A DNA stretch of 64,000 nt from Microcoleus sp. (lineage in GTDB: Bacteria > Cyanobacteriota > Cyanobacteriia > Cyanobacteriales > Microcoleaceae): assembly GCA_052279835.1 (NCBI GenBank), contig CP181291.1:3136001-3200000 (forward strand), read 5' to 3'. Shown piece by piece: positions 1-8,882 of the stretch (its first letter is position 1; every line of letters begins with the position of its first letter). The position numbers and the translations under genes are program-made. The notes under the pieces were generated by a model, which saw nothing but the letters and a program-made list of their open reading frames with translations, was not told the DNA's origin and made no database searches.

Positions 1-222
1 CTTGTTAGAGATTTGCCTCAAAAATCGCCTCAGATTGGCACGAGAAGGACGAGTCGGTATACCCTGAAAATCAGGCGAGTCATCGGAGAATAAAAAAACT
101 TGCTCAAAACTCGCCTCGCGCAGAAATTCCTGCATTAACTCTGCATCCCGCTTGGCATATTTCAGCGGAGTTAGGTAATCATATTTATTGATGCCAATTG
201 ATATCGCCTGATTTCTTCCCAT
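1..222 (-). CDS. caspase-like (peptidase C14 / metacaspase-type) domain protein, N-terminal part; continues beyond the window
   Basis: Not in the ORF track; translated by hand from ATG at 222: MGRNQAISIGINKYDYLTPLKYAKRDAELMQEFLREASFEQVFLFSDDSPDFQGIPTRPSRANLRRFLRQISNK, open to the window edge. A-x-x-IGIN-x-Y...L-x-YA-x-x-DA is the typical N-terminus of bacterial C14 domains. The catalytic His/Cys lie outside the window. Confidence 0.75.
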   Translation of the reverse strand, partial: MGRNQAISIGINKYDYLTPLKYAKRDAELMQEFLREASFEQVFLFSDDSPDFQGIPTRPSRANLRRFLRQISNK

Positions 223-228
223 TTCACC

Positions 229-639
229 TTAAGACTTACGTTTAAATCTCAACAATACGGTTCTAGTATCTGCGGCTTTTGCTCCGATACCTAATAAACT
301 GAAAGAACCTTCGGCGTTAATGGCAACGGATAACTCAATTTCCGATAATTCGATGGTTTTCATGTCAGCTTCGGCATCGGCGCGCCCGAACATTTTATCT
401 ACGGTTTGCATGAATTGAACGAGTTCTTTTTCTAATTTATTGATGCTGACTTTGTGCGGGCGCAAGTTATCAACTGCTTTTGATACCTGTTTTTGGAGTT
501 GGGTATTGGGAGTGCCAAAAGCATCGCCCCAATCGGGTAGCCCTGTGTGTGCTCCTATCTTGGCACCTTCATCGTCGGGTGTGTCGGGAGACTCGCCTGC
601 TGTATCGGCTGTCACAATCCAAATCGTTTCATCTGTCAT
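229..639 (-). CDS. small acidic protein resembling Pepco/Trypco-type peptidase-co-occurring domains
   Basis: ORF 229..657, probable ATG at 639 (MTDETIWIVTAD). C-terminal pattern 'LSEIELSVAINAEGSFSLLGIGAKAADTRTVLLRFKR'. Stops 6 nt before the caspase-like ATG. Confidence 0.6.
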   Translation of the reverse strand: MTDETIWIVTADTAGESPDTPDDEGAKIGAHTGLPDWGDAFGTPNTQLQKQVSKAVDNLRPHKVSINKLEKELVQFMQTVDKMFGRADAEADMKTIELSEIELSVAINAEGSFSLLGIGAKAADTRTVLLRFKRKS

Positions 640-722
640 AGGTGCTGAAGGCTCCAAATTATAGGGATAATTTTAGTAGATGTTAACCGCGACTATAATC
701 TTAGATTGTACCTGAAATTTTA

Positions 723-995
723 GGGCGATCGGTGGGGAGTTAGAAACCGGGTTTCTTTCCTAAATCTGGGTGGGGATTCCTAGATTGTCGCAGAAACCCG
801 GTTTCTTGGATTTGGGGGCGATCGGTGGGAGGCGAGAAACCGGGTTTCTTTCCTACATCTGGGTGGGGATTCCTAGATTGTCGCAGAAACCCGGTTTCTT
901 GGATTTGGGGGTGATTGGTGGGGGGTTAGAAACCGGGTTTCTTCCTAAATCTTGGTGGGGATTCGGAGATTGTCGCAGAAACCCGGTTTCTTGGA
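723..995. repeat. left REP/REPIN array: 3 tandem ~93-bp units, each with an inverted pair of 15-bp palindromes
   Basis: AGAAACCGGGTTTCT at 742, 835, 928 and its reverse complement AGAAACCCGGTTTCT at 792, 885, 977; period 93 bp. Confidence 0.95.
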
Positions 996-1001
996 CTTTG
1001 C

Positions 1002-1568
1002 TTATTCTTCAAAGGTTAGATGCTGGATTAATTTATCGCTAGTTAAGTCTTCTAAAAAGTAGCGATAAGCTTCTGCTGACTGAAATTGCGATCGCACTTC
1101 ATCTATTTTAGGTAAACTCCCCCGGCGCAAATCGATATATTCTTGATAGCTGGAAAACTCCCAGTCTTCTGCTTTTTCAACTATATTAGCAGAGACTGGG
1201 TTTAAGTGAATATAACGAGTTAGGTGCAATAAATATTCTTCTCGATCTACATGAATCGCTTCAAAACGTCCCTGAAATAGTGAACCAACTCTGTGATAGC
1301 GTTTATTGATAGCTTTAGTGTAAGATAAAGTAAATGATTGCATTAGGTTAGAGAAGCAATCGGTTTTTAGGTGAACTAATAAATGGTAGTGGTTCGGCAT
1401 TAAACAATAGGCAATAATATCAACATCATTCTCGATCAGATGGTTTCTAACTTGGCGTAAAAAATAAATATAGTTGTCTCGTTCAAAAAAGATAAGTTGG
1501 CGGTTATTACCACGGTTATAAACATGATAGTAATTACCGGCTTGTAAGATAACTTCGCGGCGCGGCAT
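1002..1568 (-). CDS. REP-associated tyrosine transposase (RAYT; Y1/HUH, IS200-like fold)
   Basis: 188 aa with 'YYHVYNRGNNRQLIF', HUH motif 'AYCLMPNHYHLLV', 'LFQGRF', catalytic-Tyr segment 'YIHLNPV' and 'WEFSSY'. Flanked on both sides by palindromic repeat arrays. Confidence 0.9.
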   Translation of the reverse strand: MPRREVILQAGNYYHVYNRGNNRQLIFFERDNYIYFLRQVRNHLIENDVDIIAYCLMPNHYHLLVHLKTDCFSNLMQSFTLSYTKAINKRYHRVGSLFQGRFEAIHVDREEYLLHLTRYIHLNPVSANIVEKAEDWEFSSYQEYIDLRRGSLPKIDEVRSQFQSAEAYRYFLEDLTSDKLIQHLTFEE

Positions 1569-1600
1569 AGGGCAAATCGGAGGGTAGATAAGGGGGTTTA

Positions 1601-2058
1601 GTACACCGAGGCCTCAGAAACCGGGTTTCTTTCCACAATCTCGGTGATGATGCAGAAATTATCGCAGAAACCCGGTTTCTCTGCTGTGATGCAGAGCTCC
1701 TGGTACACCGAGGCCTCAGAAACCGGGTTTCTTTCCACAATCTCGGTGATGATGCAGAAATTATCGCAGAAACCCGGTTTCTCTGCTGTGATGCAGAGTT
1801 CCAGGTACACCGAGGCCTCAGAAACCGGGTTTCTTTCCACAATCTCGGTGATGATGCAGAAATTATCGCAGAAACCCGGTTTCTTGGATGGTGTGCAAAG
1901 GCCTGAGAAACCGGGTTTCTTCCACAATCTCGGCGATGATGCAGAAATTATCGCAGAAACCCGGTTTCTTGGATGGTGTGCAAAGGCCTGAGAAACCGGG
2001 TTTCTTCCACAATCTCGGCGATGATGCAGAAATTGTCGCAGAAACCCGGTTTCTTGGA
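1601..2058. repeat. right REP/REPIN array: 5 inverted pairs of the same 15-bp palindrome in 102-bp and 85/86-bp units
   Basis: AGAAACCGGGTTTCT at 1616, 1718, 1820, 1906, 1991; AGAAACCCGGTTTCT at 1666, 1768, 1870, 1955, 2040. Confidence 0.95.
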
Positions 2059-5000
2059 TTAGCTGCCGCCAATTCGGGCCACATCACGAGCATTTTCTTC
2101 AAATGCAGCCGTCAGCGCATCATCACCGCTTAAACCCGCAGCGATCGCCCTTTCAATGGCCTCCAACACCCGCTTATAATCCCGCGGCATCACCTTCACA
2201 AACACCGGCACCATCGCATCCCAATTTGCCAAAACCTTCGATGCTTTAGCACTTCCAGTCAAATCAAAATGAGTCTGAATTAACTCCCGCAAATCTGCAA
2301 TTTCCTCAACATCCTCCAGTTTTTCCAGCGCCACCATCGACATATTGCAGCGAGTTGCAAAATCCCCCGCTTCATCCAAAATGTAAGCGACACCGCCACT
2401 CATTCCCGCAGCAAAATTGCGCCCGGTGGCACCCAAAACCACAACTTTGCCGCCAGTCATGTACTCGCAACCGTGATCGCCCACACCCTCGACTACTGTG
2501 TTAACGCCGGAATTCCGCACCGCAAAACGTTCGCCCGCCATCCCTCGGATGAAAACCTCGCCAGATGTCGCTCCGTAAAGCACTACGTTGCCGACAATCA
2601 CGTTTTCCTCTGCGACGAAGGTAGAAGCTGGCGACGGGTACAAGATGATTTTGCCGCCGCTGAGGCCTTTGCCCAAATAGTCGTTGGCTTCGCCTTCGAG
2701 CTCTAGGGTGACTCCCTTGGGTACGAATGCCCCAAAGCTTTGTCCCGCGCTACCTTGGAAGTGCAGGTGCACGGTGTCATCGGGTAAACCTTCCCAGTGG
2801 CGTTTGGTGATTTCGTTGCCGAGAATTGTGCCGACAACGCGGTTGATGTTGGTAATCGGCAGTTTGGCGCGGACTTTTTCGCCGTTTTCGATCGCACCTT
2901 TGCACAAATCCAGCAGTACACTGATATCCATCGACTTGGACAAACCGTGATCCTGCGCCATCTGACAATAGCGCCCGACATCCGCCCCAACTTCCGGCTG
3001 ATACAGGATGTTCGAGAAATCCAAACCCTTAGCCTTCCAGTGTTCCACCGCTTGTTGCGCTTCCAAAACATCGGTGCGGCCCACCATTTCATTCAGCGTG
3101 CGGAAGCCCAACTGCGCCATAATTTCCCGGACTTCTTGCGCGACGAAGGTCATAAAGTTTACCGTGTGATCGGGATCTCCGGTAAAGTTTTTCCGCAACA
3201 GGGGGTCTTGCGTCGCAACGCCCACGGGGCAAGTGTTCTGATGGCAGACGCGCATCATGATGCAGCCCAAAGTCACCAGTGGCGCGGTGGCAAAACCGAA
3301 TTCCTCCGCACCAAGCAAGGCAGCAATTGCTACATCGCGCCCGGTTTTCATTTGTCCGTCGGTTTCCACAGCAATCCGGCTGCGGAGATTGTTGAGTACC
3401 AAAGTCTGGTGAGTTTCCGCCAATCCCAACTCCCAAGGTAATCCGGCGTGTTTGATCGATGTTTGCGGTGACGCGCCGGTACCGCCGTCGTAGCCGGAGA
3501 TCAGCACCACATCGGCGTGGGCTTTGGCGACACCGGCTGCGATCGTCCCTACTCCCACTTCCGACACGAGTTTGACGCTAATCCGCGCTTCCCGGTTGGC
3601 ATTTTTCAAGTCGTGAATCAATTCGGCCAAATCTTCGATCGAATAAATGTCGTGGTGGGGAGGAGGCGAAATCAAGCCCACACCAGGAGTAGAGTTGCGT
3701 ACCTTGGCAATCCACGGGTATACTTTTTTACCGGGCAACTGTCCGCCTTCTCCGGGTTTTGCCCCTTGCGCCATCTTGATTTGCAGTTCCCGCGCTTGGG
3801 AAAGATACAAGCTGGTAACGCCAAAACGGCCGGAAGCAACTTGTTTGATCGCACTGTTTTTTGAGTCACCGCGATCGTTTGTCCAAGTATAGCGATCGGG
3901 ATCTTCGCCGCCTTCACCGGTGTTCGATTTGCCACCAATGCGGTTCATCGCTACAGCCAAAGATTCGTGGGCTTCTTGGGAAATTGAACCGTAACTCATC
4001 GCGCCTGTTTTGAAGCGTTTGAGAATAGCTTCTACTGGTTCAACTTCCTCGATCGGAATCGATTCCCGCTGCTTGAATTGCAGCAAACCGCGCAGGGTAA
4101 AATGCTGTTGGTTTTGTTCGTTAACCAGGGCGGAATACTTTTGGAAAAGCGGGTAACTTCCTTCGCGTACTGCTTGTTGCAGGGCGTGAATAGTTTGCGG
4201 GCTGAACAGGTGGGCTTCGCCTTCCTTGCGCCATTGATATTCGCCGCCGACATCGAGGGTGTGTCCGCTGGAAGGGCGTTCTGGGAAGGCGTGGGTATGG
4301 CGTAAAATCGCTTCTTGGGCGATGACTTCGAGGTTTACTCCTGCAATCCGCGATGCTGTCCAAGTGAAGTATTTATCGACTACGGATTTGTTTAAGCCGA
4401 TCGCCTCAAATATCTGGGCACCGCGGTAACTTTGAATGGTGGAAATCCCAATTTTTGACGCAACTTTGGTCACGCCTTTGCTTGCGGCTTTTACGTAGTT
4501 TTTGCAAGCTGTCTTGGTATCAACATTTACTAGCAAACCTTCACGGATTGAATCGGCGATCGTCTCAAAAGCTAAATACGGATTGATCGCACCGCAACCA
4601 TAGCCGATTAAAGTCGCAAAGTGATGCACTTCGCGCGGTTCCCCGGATTCGAGCACCAGTCCCGCCCGCGTGCGCGTTCCTTGGCGGATCAGGTGGTGGT
4701 GCAGACCTGCAACTGCTAGCAGTGCCGGAATTGGAGCGTTTTCGGCATCAATTCCCCGATCGCTCAAAATGATGATATTCACCCCAGAGGCGATCGCACT
4801 GTCGGCGGCTGCAAAAAGCTCTTCTAACGCCTGTTCGAGACCTTTTACGCCTGTTTTGGGGTCAAACAAAATTGGTACAGTAGCAGACTGGAAATTGCCC
4901 GTTTTTACGTGTTTGAGTTTTGCCAATTCTTCATTGCTGAGAATGGGTGTTTTCAACTCAATCAAGTGACAGCTTTCTGGTTCCGGTTTCAACAAATTGC

Positions 5001-6645
5001 GTTCCGATCCGATCGTCGTTTCGGCAGAAGTGACAATTTCTTCGCGGATCGAATCAATGGGCGGATTGGTAACTTGAGCAAAAAGTTGCTGGAAGTATTC
5101 GTAAAGCAGCTTTGGTCTGTTAGACAAAACTGCCAACGGCGTATCCGCGCCCATCGCCCCGACAGCTTCTACGCCGTTTGTTGCCATCGGCGCTAACAGC
5201 AACCGCAGTTCTTCAAAGGTGTAGCCAAATGCCATTTGGCGCTGCAATAATGTTTCGGGTTCCGATTCTGCCACTACTTCTGCATCTGGTAGTTTGGCAA
5301 TCTCTACCATGTGCTGGTCAATCCACTGGCGGTACGGGTGTTCTGTGGAAATTTTGGTTTTAATTTCTTCATCAGAAACAATGCGGCCTTCGGCAGTATT
5401 TACTAAGAACATTCTGCCTGGTTGCAAACGGCCTTTTGATGCAATTCTTTCCGGGGCGATCGGCAAAACTCCGGCTTCCGATGCCATAATTACTAAGTCG
5501 TCTTTGGTGACGCAGTAGCGGGAAGGACGTAAACCGTTGCGATCGAGCACTGCGCCGATCGATGTACCATCGGTAAATGCTATGGAAGCAGGCCCATCCC
5601 AAGGTTCCATCAAGCAAGAATGGTATTCGTAGAAAGCTTTTTTCTCGTCACTCATGGACTCGTGGGCTGTCCAAGGTTCGGGAATCATCATCATCACCGC
5701 GTGGGGTAAAGAACGCCCGGCCAAATATAGCAATTCCAGAGCATTATCAAAGATAGTGGAGTCGCTACCTTCGATATTGATTAAATTCGGGATTTTCTTT
5801 AAGTCATCCCCGAACAGTTCTGACTCGAACATCGATTGTCGCGCGTGCATCCAGTTGATGTTGCCGCGCATCGTGTTGATTTCGCCGTTGTGGGCGATGT
5901 AGCGGTAAGGGTGCGATCGCTCCCAACTCGGAAATGTATTGGTGCTGAAGCGCGAGTGAACTAGGGCTAGAGCGCTTTCCATGTCTGGGTCATGCAGTTC
6001 GGGATAGTAATCTCCCACTTGCACCGGCATCAGCATTCCTTTGTAGACGATCGTCCGGCAGGAAAGTGTGGAATTATACCAGTAGGGGTCTACGTTAGTC
6101 CTGCGAATCGCATTATGTGCCCGTTTGCGAATAACGTAGAGTTTGCGCTCAAAAGCCGCCTCGTCCATACCTGCGGGGCGGCTGACGAACACTTGCTGCA
6201 TGAAGGGTTCGCTGGCTTTGGCGGTATCGCCCAGGGATGAATTATCCGTGGGGACATCCCGCCAACCGAGCACGGGACATCCTTCTTCGGCGGCGATTTC
6301 GGCAAAGATGCGTTTGCCGTTTTCCCGTTCCGTCTGGTTTCGCGATGAGTAAATTGCACCAACTCCGTACTCGCCGGCTTCTGGAAGTTGGATGTTGAGG
6401 GCCGCCGTTACTTTTTTCATGAATTTGTGCGGCACTTGCATCAAAATCCCCGCGCCGTCTCCGGTGTTGGGCTCGCAGCCGCAGGCCCCCCGGTGGTCGA
6501 GGTTCAACAGGATTGTCAGTGCCTGTTCTACTATGTCGTGGGATTTGTTACCTTTCATCTGTACGATGAACCCGACTCCGCAAGCGTCATGCTCGAACTG
6601 CGGATCGTACAGGCCTTGTTTTGCTGGCAGTCCGTTGCTGTTCAT
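2059..6645 (-). CDS. gltB: glutamate synthase large subunit (probably NAD(P)H-GOGAT alpha type)
   Basis: 1528 aa; 'EHDACGVGF' Ntn-amidotransferase start, 'HSRFSTNT', '[11 protein letters not shown]', '[15 protein letters not shown]', 3Fe-4S motif '[16 protein letters not shown]', GXGXG C-terminal domain. Confidence 0.96.
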   Translation of the reverse strand: MNSNGLPAKQGLYDPQFEHDACGVGFIVQMKGNKSHDIVEQALTILLNLDHRGACGCEPNTGDGAGILMQVPHKFMKKVTAALNIQLPEAGEYGVGAIYSSRNQTERENGKRIFAEIAAEEGCPVLGWRDVPTDNSSLGDTAKASEPFMQQVFVSRPAGMDEAAFERKLYVIRKRAHNAIRRTNVDPYWYNSTLSCRTIVYKGMLMPVQVGDYYPELHDPDMESALALVHSRFSTNTFPSWERSHPYRYIAHNGEINTMRGNINWMHARQSMFESELFGDDLKKIPNLINIEGSDSTIFDNALELLYLAGRSLPHAVMMMIPEPWTAHESMSDEKKAFYEYHSCLMEPWDGPASIAFTDGTSIGAVLDRNGLRPSRYCVTKDDLVIMASEAGVLPIAPERIASKGRLQPGRMFLVNTAEGRIVSDEEIKTKISTEHPYRQWIDQHMVEIAKLPDAEVVAESEPETLLQRQMAFGYTFEELRLLLAPMATNGVEAVGAMGADTPLAVLSNRPKLLYEYFQQLFAQVTNPPIDSIREEIVTSAETTIGSERNLLKPEPESCHLIELKTPILSNEELAKLKHVKTGNFQSATVPILFDPKTGVKGLEQALEELFAAADSAIASGVNIIILSDRGIDAENAPIPALLAVAGLHHHLIRQGTRTRAGLVLESGEPREVHHFATLIGYGCGAINPYLAFETIADSIREGLLVNVDTKTACKNYVKAASKGVTKVASKIGISTIQSYRGAQIFEAIGLNKSVVDKYFTWTASRIAGVNLEVIAQEAILRHTHAFPERPSSGHTLDVGGEYQWRKEGEAHLFSPQTIHALQQAVREGSYPLFQKYSALVNEQNQQHFTLRGLLQFKQRESIPIEEVEPVEAILKRFKTGAMSYGSISQEAHESLAVAMNRIGGKSNTGEGGEDPDRYTWTNDRGDSKNSAIKQVASGRFGVTSLYLSQARELQIKMAQGAKPGEGGQLPGKKVYPWIAKVRNSTPGVGLISPPPHHDIYSIEDLAELIHDLKNANREARISVKLVSEVGVGTIAAGVAKAHADVVLISGYDGGTGASPQTSIKHAGLPWELGLAETHQTLVLNNLRSRIAVETDGQMKTGRDVAIAALLGAEEFGFATAPLVTLGCIMMRVCHQNTCPVGVATQDPLLRKNFTGDPDHTVNFMTFVAQEVREIMAQLGFRTLNEMVGRTDVLEAQQAVEHWKAKGLDFSNILYQPEVGADVGRYCQMAQDHGLSKSMDISVLLDLCKGAIENGEKVRAKLPITNINRVVGTILGNEITKRHWEGLPDDTVHLHFQGSAGQSFGAFVPKGVTLELEGEANDYLGKGLSGGKIILYPSPASTFVAEENVIVGNVVLYGATSGEVFIRGMAGERFAVRNSGVNTVVEGVGDHGCEYMTGGKVVVLGATGRNFAAGMSGGVAYILDEAGDFATRCNMSMVALEKLEDVEEIADLRELIQTHFDLTGSAKASKVLANWDAMVPVFVKVMPRDYKRVLEAIERAIAAGLSGDDALTAAFEENARDVARIGGS

Positions 6646-7448
6646 TTGGATAAGTCTCTCAAAGTGATCAAAAAATTGCGATATCTAGAGTAGAGCGCGG
6701 GATGGCGATCGATCTAGTATCATTTATTATATGTGGATCTACTACATTGGGCAGAGCCACCAAAGAATCCCAGCCTAGGCGATCGCTCTGAGTCAAAAAA
6801 TAGTTAAAGCTGATGAGTTAACTATCGAACCTGAAGGTCTAAATATCGATCGAGAACGGTTAAATCAGTCCAAAACCACCATAAATCCTGCAACATATCC
6901 CGTTAAATCCAGAACCCGCCGCTACAGATGAAGATTTAACTACCAGCCGGGAAGTCTAAGGGTATATTTAGAGGGGGATGAATCTGAGCGCTGCGCGAAG
7001 TAGCCCAAATAAATTACTCCTTGGGATGAAAGGCTCGTCGGGTGTAGCTACGGAAACCGACAATCAGACATTGCAAAGACCTTTAACTTTGATGTACTTC
7101 CTAGATATTAAAACAAAAGAAATGGTATATTAACGGTGGCATTCTTGTCAATGTGGAGAATCTTTGGATCGAGATGAAAATTCAGCCAAACTCATAAGAA
7201 AAATTGGTCTGAGTTACGAAAGTGGCGGGGGAACTCCGTCACTCAAAAAAGCCTTTGCAAAAAAGGAAAAAGAAGCCTGCGGTCTAACTGTACTCAGTTG
7301 ACCGTCAGGTTCGTTCACTATAGATTTAGGCAATGGATCGAATTTTGGGTTACAGCAGCTAGAGTTATTTTGTTATGGTTGTTAAGGCGAGTAGATCGGG
7401 CTGAGCAGATTTATTCAGCGAGTGGGTAGGGGGTTGCTGACAAACCCT

Positions 7449-7529
7449 TTAAGAATTAAACTTTGGGCGGATTCATCCCCCAAAGTTTGTCCTTAATAAT
7501 CCCCGCGTCTTCAGACCGGGGAGTGTCAA
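7449..7529 (+). mobile_element. orphan IS200/IS605-type end / miniature palindromic element remnant
   Basis: AATCCCCGCGTCTTCAGACCGGGGAGTGTCAA (7498-7529) is a hairpin followed by a TCAA terminus, resembling IS605/TnpB right ends. It is preceded by a second hairpin at 7458-7488. No transposase is adjacent. Confidence 0.6.
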
Positions 7530-7658
7530 TGCTATAATTGTACAGTTAGCTCCCCATCCGCCCTGGTCAGCTTTAATTTTAACAATAAATTTAGCTAGCC
7601 TCAACAACCAACCTAGTTTACCAAAGAATTCACCCAGCAATCCAGAAGGAGTAAAAAC

Positions 7659-8081
7659 ATGGTTCAGACTCAAGAAAATCCTCAAATATCTACTCTCCAG
7701 ACACCTGTTGCAATTAACGGTATTACCCCCACAGAAATGCGCCCTTGGGGTTCATTTACTACCCTAGAAGAAGGGCCTGGATATAAAATTAAACGCATAG
7801 AAGTTAACCCCGGACATCGCCTCAGCCTCCAAATGCACCACCATCGCAGCGAACACTGGATCGTGGTTTCTGGTACTGCTAAAGTTACTTGTGGCGAAAA
7901 TGAACAAGTTCTATTTACTAATCAGTCTACCTACGTTCCTCAGTGCATCAATCACCGTCTGGAAAATCCCGGTGTGATTCCCCTGATTTTAATTGAAGTA
8001 CAGAATGGCGAATATCTTGGAGAAGACGATATTGTACGTTTTCAAGATGATTATTCCCGGACTGAATCTAAGGCTAAATAA
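7659..8081 (+). CDS. cupin, mannose-6-phosphate isomerase type II C-terminal-like protein
   Basis: 'RPWGSF...KIKRIEVNPGHRLSLQMHHHRSEHWIVVSG...HRLENPG...IEVQNGEYLGEDDIVRFQDDY'. Confidence 0.9.
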   Translation: MVQTQENPQISTLQTPVAINGITPTEMRPWGSFTTLEEGPGYKIKRIEVNPGHRLSLQMHHHRSEHWIVVSGTAKVTCGENEQVLFTNQSTYVPQCINHRLENPGVIPLILIEVQNGEYLGEDDIVRFQDDYSRTESKAK

Positions 8082-8094
8082 CCGATAAACTGGT

Positions 8095-8256
8095 AATTGG
8101 GGATAGGGCATAGGGCATAGGGGATAGAGTATTCGCACCAACAAGTAAGCAATAAACAATTAGTAATAAGCCGCAACTAATAACTAATTCCCAATTCCCC
8201 ATTCCCCATTCCCCATTCCCCATTCCCCATTCCCCATTCCCCATTCCCCATTCCCA
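8095..8256. repeat. STRR-type heptamer repeats
   Basis: G-rich heptamers (GGGCATA/GGGGATA) at 8095-8127; 10 copies of ATTCCCC/ATTCCCA at 8187-8256. Confidence 0.9.
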
Positions 8257-8262
8257 AAATTA

Positions 8263-8586
8263 ATGATTCATCTTAGCAAAACCGCAGCTCAGGAAGTAAT
8301 GCGCCTCAAATCTAAGCATCCAAACCCCAATGCTTTATTTCGTTTAGGCGTCGAATCTAGCGGTTGTTCCGGTTTATCTTATACCATGGCTTTTGAGGAT
8401 GCGATCAACTCAGAAGCCAATGTTTGCGAGTCGGAGGGCATTGAAATTGCGATCGACCCCCAGCATTTAAAATATCTCAACGAGCTCACCTTGGACTATT
8501 CAGAGGATTTGATGGGCGGCGGTTTCCGATTTCACAATCCTAATGCGACTAAAAGTTGTAGCTGCGGCAATTCGTTTTCTGCATAG
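8263..8586 (+). CDS. iscA: HesB/IscA family iron-sulfur cluster assembly accessory protein
   Basis: 107 aa; 'RLGVESSGCSGLSY' and 'GGGFRFHNPNATKSCSCGNSF' (three conserved Cys). Confidence 0.88.
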   Translation: MIHLSKTAAQEVMRLKSKHPNPNALFRLGVESSGCSGLSYTMAFEDAINSEANVCESEGIEIAIDPQHLKYLNELTLDYSEDLMGGGFRFHNPNATKSCSCGNSFSA

Positions 8587-8882
8587 AGATAAATACTCAA
8601 CCTCTAGGCTTCGTCAGTTATAGCCTTTCGAGCTCTCCTATGAGGTACGAGCGAAAATTGGTAATAGGTAAACAGTTCAAATAAGCTGGTCAAGACTACC
8701 AAGTTGAACTATCAAGTGAGATGATTATCGTCCTTGGTCCGTCAGATTTCGAGTAAATATACTGATGAAATAATTGAGATTGTAAAGTATAAATATAAAA
8801 TAGCGATCGCTCTGAAAATCTCATGGCAAAACCACTTTTTCCGAAAGTTTTTTTTGGAGAATTACTAATAAAATGATCCGTC

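Noticed and set aside
1002..1568. Ordinary autonomous IS200/IS605 element
   Set aside because: There is no tnpB and no single LE/RE hairpin pair; multiple flanking REP pairs and the NRG/QGRF/NPV motif set fit a RAYT better. A phylogeny would settle it.
723..2058. CRISPR array interpretation of the regularly spaced palindromes
   Set aside because: The intervening sequences are repeated rather than unique, the repeats alternate in orientation and are only 15 bp, and no cas gene is in the window.
770..2133. ORFs 770..1042, 1534..1842, 1598..1927, 1644..1991, 1863..2102 and 1888..2133
   Set aside because: These are translations of the repeat arrays (recurring SQKPGF/RNPVS/ETRFL), open because 93- and 102-bp units preserve frame.
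2059..6645. Ferredoxin-dependent GOGAT (glsF) assignment
   Set aside because: The '[13 protein letters not shown]' N-terminus and '...ARIGGS' tail look more like the NAD(P)H-type large subunit; not proven without a tree.
6985..7040. Glutamine-riboswitch-like pattern (GAAGTAG-CCCAA...TTGGG-ATGAAAG)
   Set aside because: It is on the strand opposite to gltB, has no convincing P1/P2, and lies far from the next plus-strand gene; it would need an Rfam hit.
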